DNA of 64,000 nucleotides from Neodothiora populina (Eukaryota). Of this stretch, positions 63,351 to 64,000 are shown piece by piece. The translations under genes were made by a program, and so were the position numbers. The first letter of the stretch is position 1, and every line of letters starts with the position of its first letter. The DNA is taken from assembly GCF_041146345.1 (NCBI RefSeq), contig NW_027191417.1:1674001-1738000 (forward strand). Reading direction: 5' to 3'. The notes under the pieces were generated by a model. It was not told where the DNA came from, searched no databases, and worked only from the letters and a program-made list of their open reading frames with translations.

Positions 63351-64000
63351 ATGGTACGGGTTTCGGAACCAATATAACATTAATACCAGGAAGACTTGGC
63401 TGAATCGTAAAGGTACACGCAGATGCCTCGAATTTTGACACCAACGTGAGCAAGAAGGATGCGTATGCTCAGGTTCTAGAGCAAGCGCGGGCGCTGTTTT
63501 TCGAACAGAGAAATTGGGTAAGTCAGCAGTGAACTCTACAGACGCAGAAACAGAAGCTGACTGAACCTAGGTCTGGTATGTCGTCGACTTAGGAATGCGT
63601 GCCTGAATCACATAACTGACTGGATTTCATAGCAATCTTGCAAATGCAGCTTCCCTTCTCTGGCACGCCCTGCACGCTCTACCTGCGCCATCGAATGCGG
63701 TGAACTGGGCTGGATTCTATGTGCTGGATAAATCCAACCCAAGTAACTTGATACTGGGTCCTTTCCAAGGTAAAGTCGCATGCCAGACCATCGCTTTCGG
63801 GCGAGGTGTATGTGGGGCTGCTGCAAAGGAAGCGAAAACGCAGCTGGTGCCGGACGTAGACGACTTCCCTGGACATATTGCATGCGACGGCGACTCACAA
63901 AGTGAAATTGTCGTTCCTGTCATACAGAACGGAAAGGTATGGTTCTCATGCCGGGATATCATGTTCCAAGGTAGCCTTGACTAAGATGTTTAGGTCGTTG
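63351..64000 (+). CDS. GAF-domain free methionine-R-sulfoxide reductase (fRMsr, YKL069W-like), continues beyond the window
   Basis: Exons 63351-63353 (ATG), 63413-63517, 63571-63575, 63633-63936 and 63994 onward. The spliced product reads MVHADASNF...QRNWVCNLANAASLLWHA...VNWAGFY...LGPFQGKVACQTIAFGRGVCG...FPGHIACDGDSQSEIVVP. Confidence 0.92.

Noticed and set aside
1..64000. Transposons, RIP-mutated repeats, tRNA/rRNA genes, CRISPR arrays, and TGA-CTA readthrough to a cryptic PTS1
   Set aside because: None seen by eye: no transposase/RT motifs, long terminal repeats, AT-rich RIP blocks or cloverleaf boxes, and none of the stop codons I checked has the TGA-CTA context. A tRNAscan or Rfam run could still find RNAs I missed.

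Overview
Eukaryotic, intron-containing genomic DNA from a filamentous ascomycete (Pezizomycotina; short GT-AG introns with CTRAY branch sites). I can model 17 protein-coding genes: GCS1 (partial), nsdD-type GATA factor, RVS167, NFS1, VPS23, FMC1, sidL, PAB1, a VPS73-like MFS transporter, a SIKE/SCI1-like coiled-coil protein, a peroxisomal thiolase, a GAF-domain fRMsr (partial) and five hypothetical proteins. The main feature the ORF track misses is a minus-strand, non-coding, multi-intron host gene at about 16.6-18.4 kb. It carries six intronic box C/D snoRNAs in the order snR78-77-76-75-74-73. The snR78 RNA also carries the snR72 guide, and two host introns appear to abut with a zero-length or 5-nt exon. 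Other oddities are a single in-frame TAG splitting a ~1800-codon frame at 53.4-58.9 kb, a long hairpin-rich 5'-UTR intron in PAB1, a 5-nt microexon in fRMsr and a ~8 kb gene-free region upstream of nsdD. No transposon, tRNA, rRNA or CRISPR was recognised. All family assignments come from my recall of known sequences and motifs, not from database searches.
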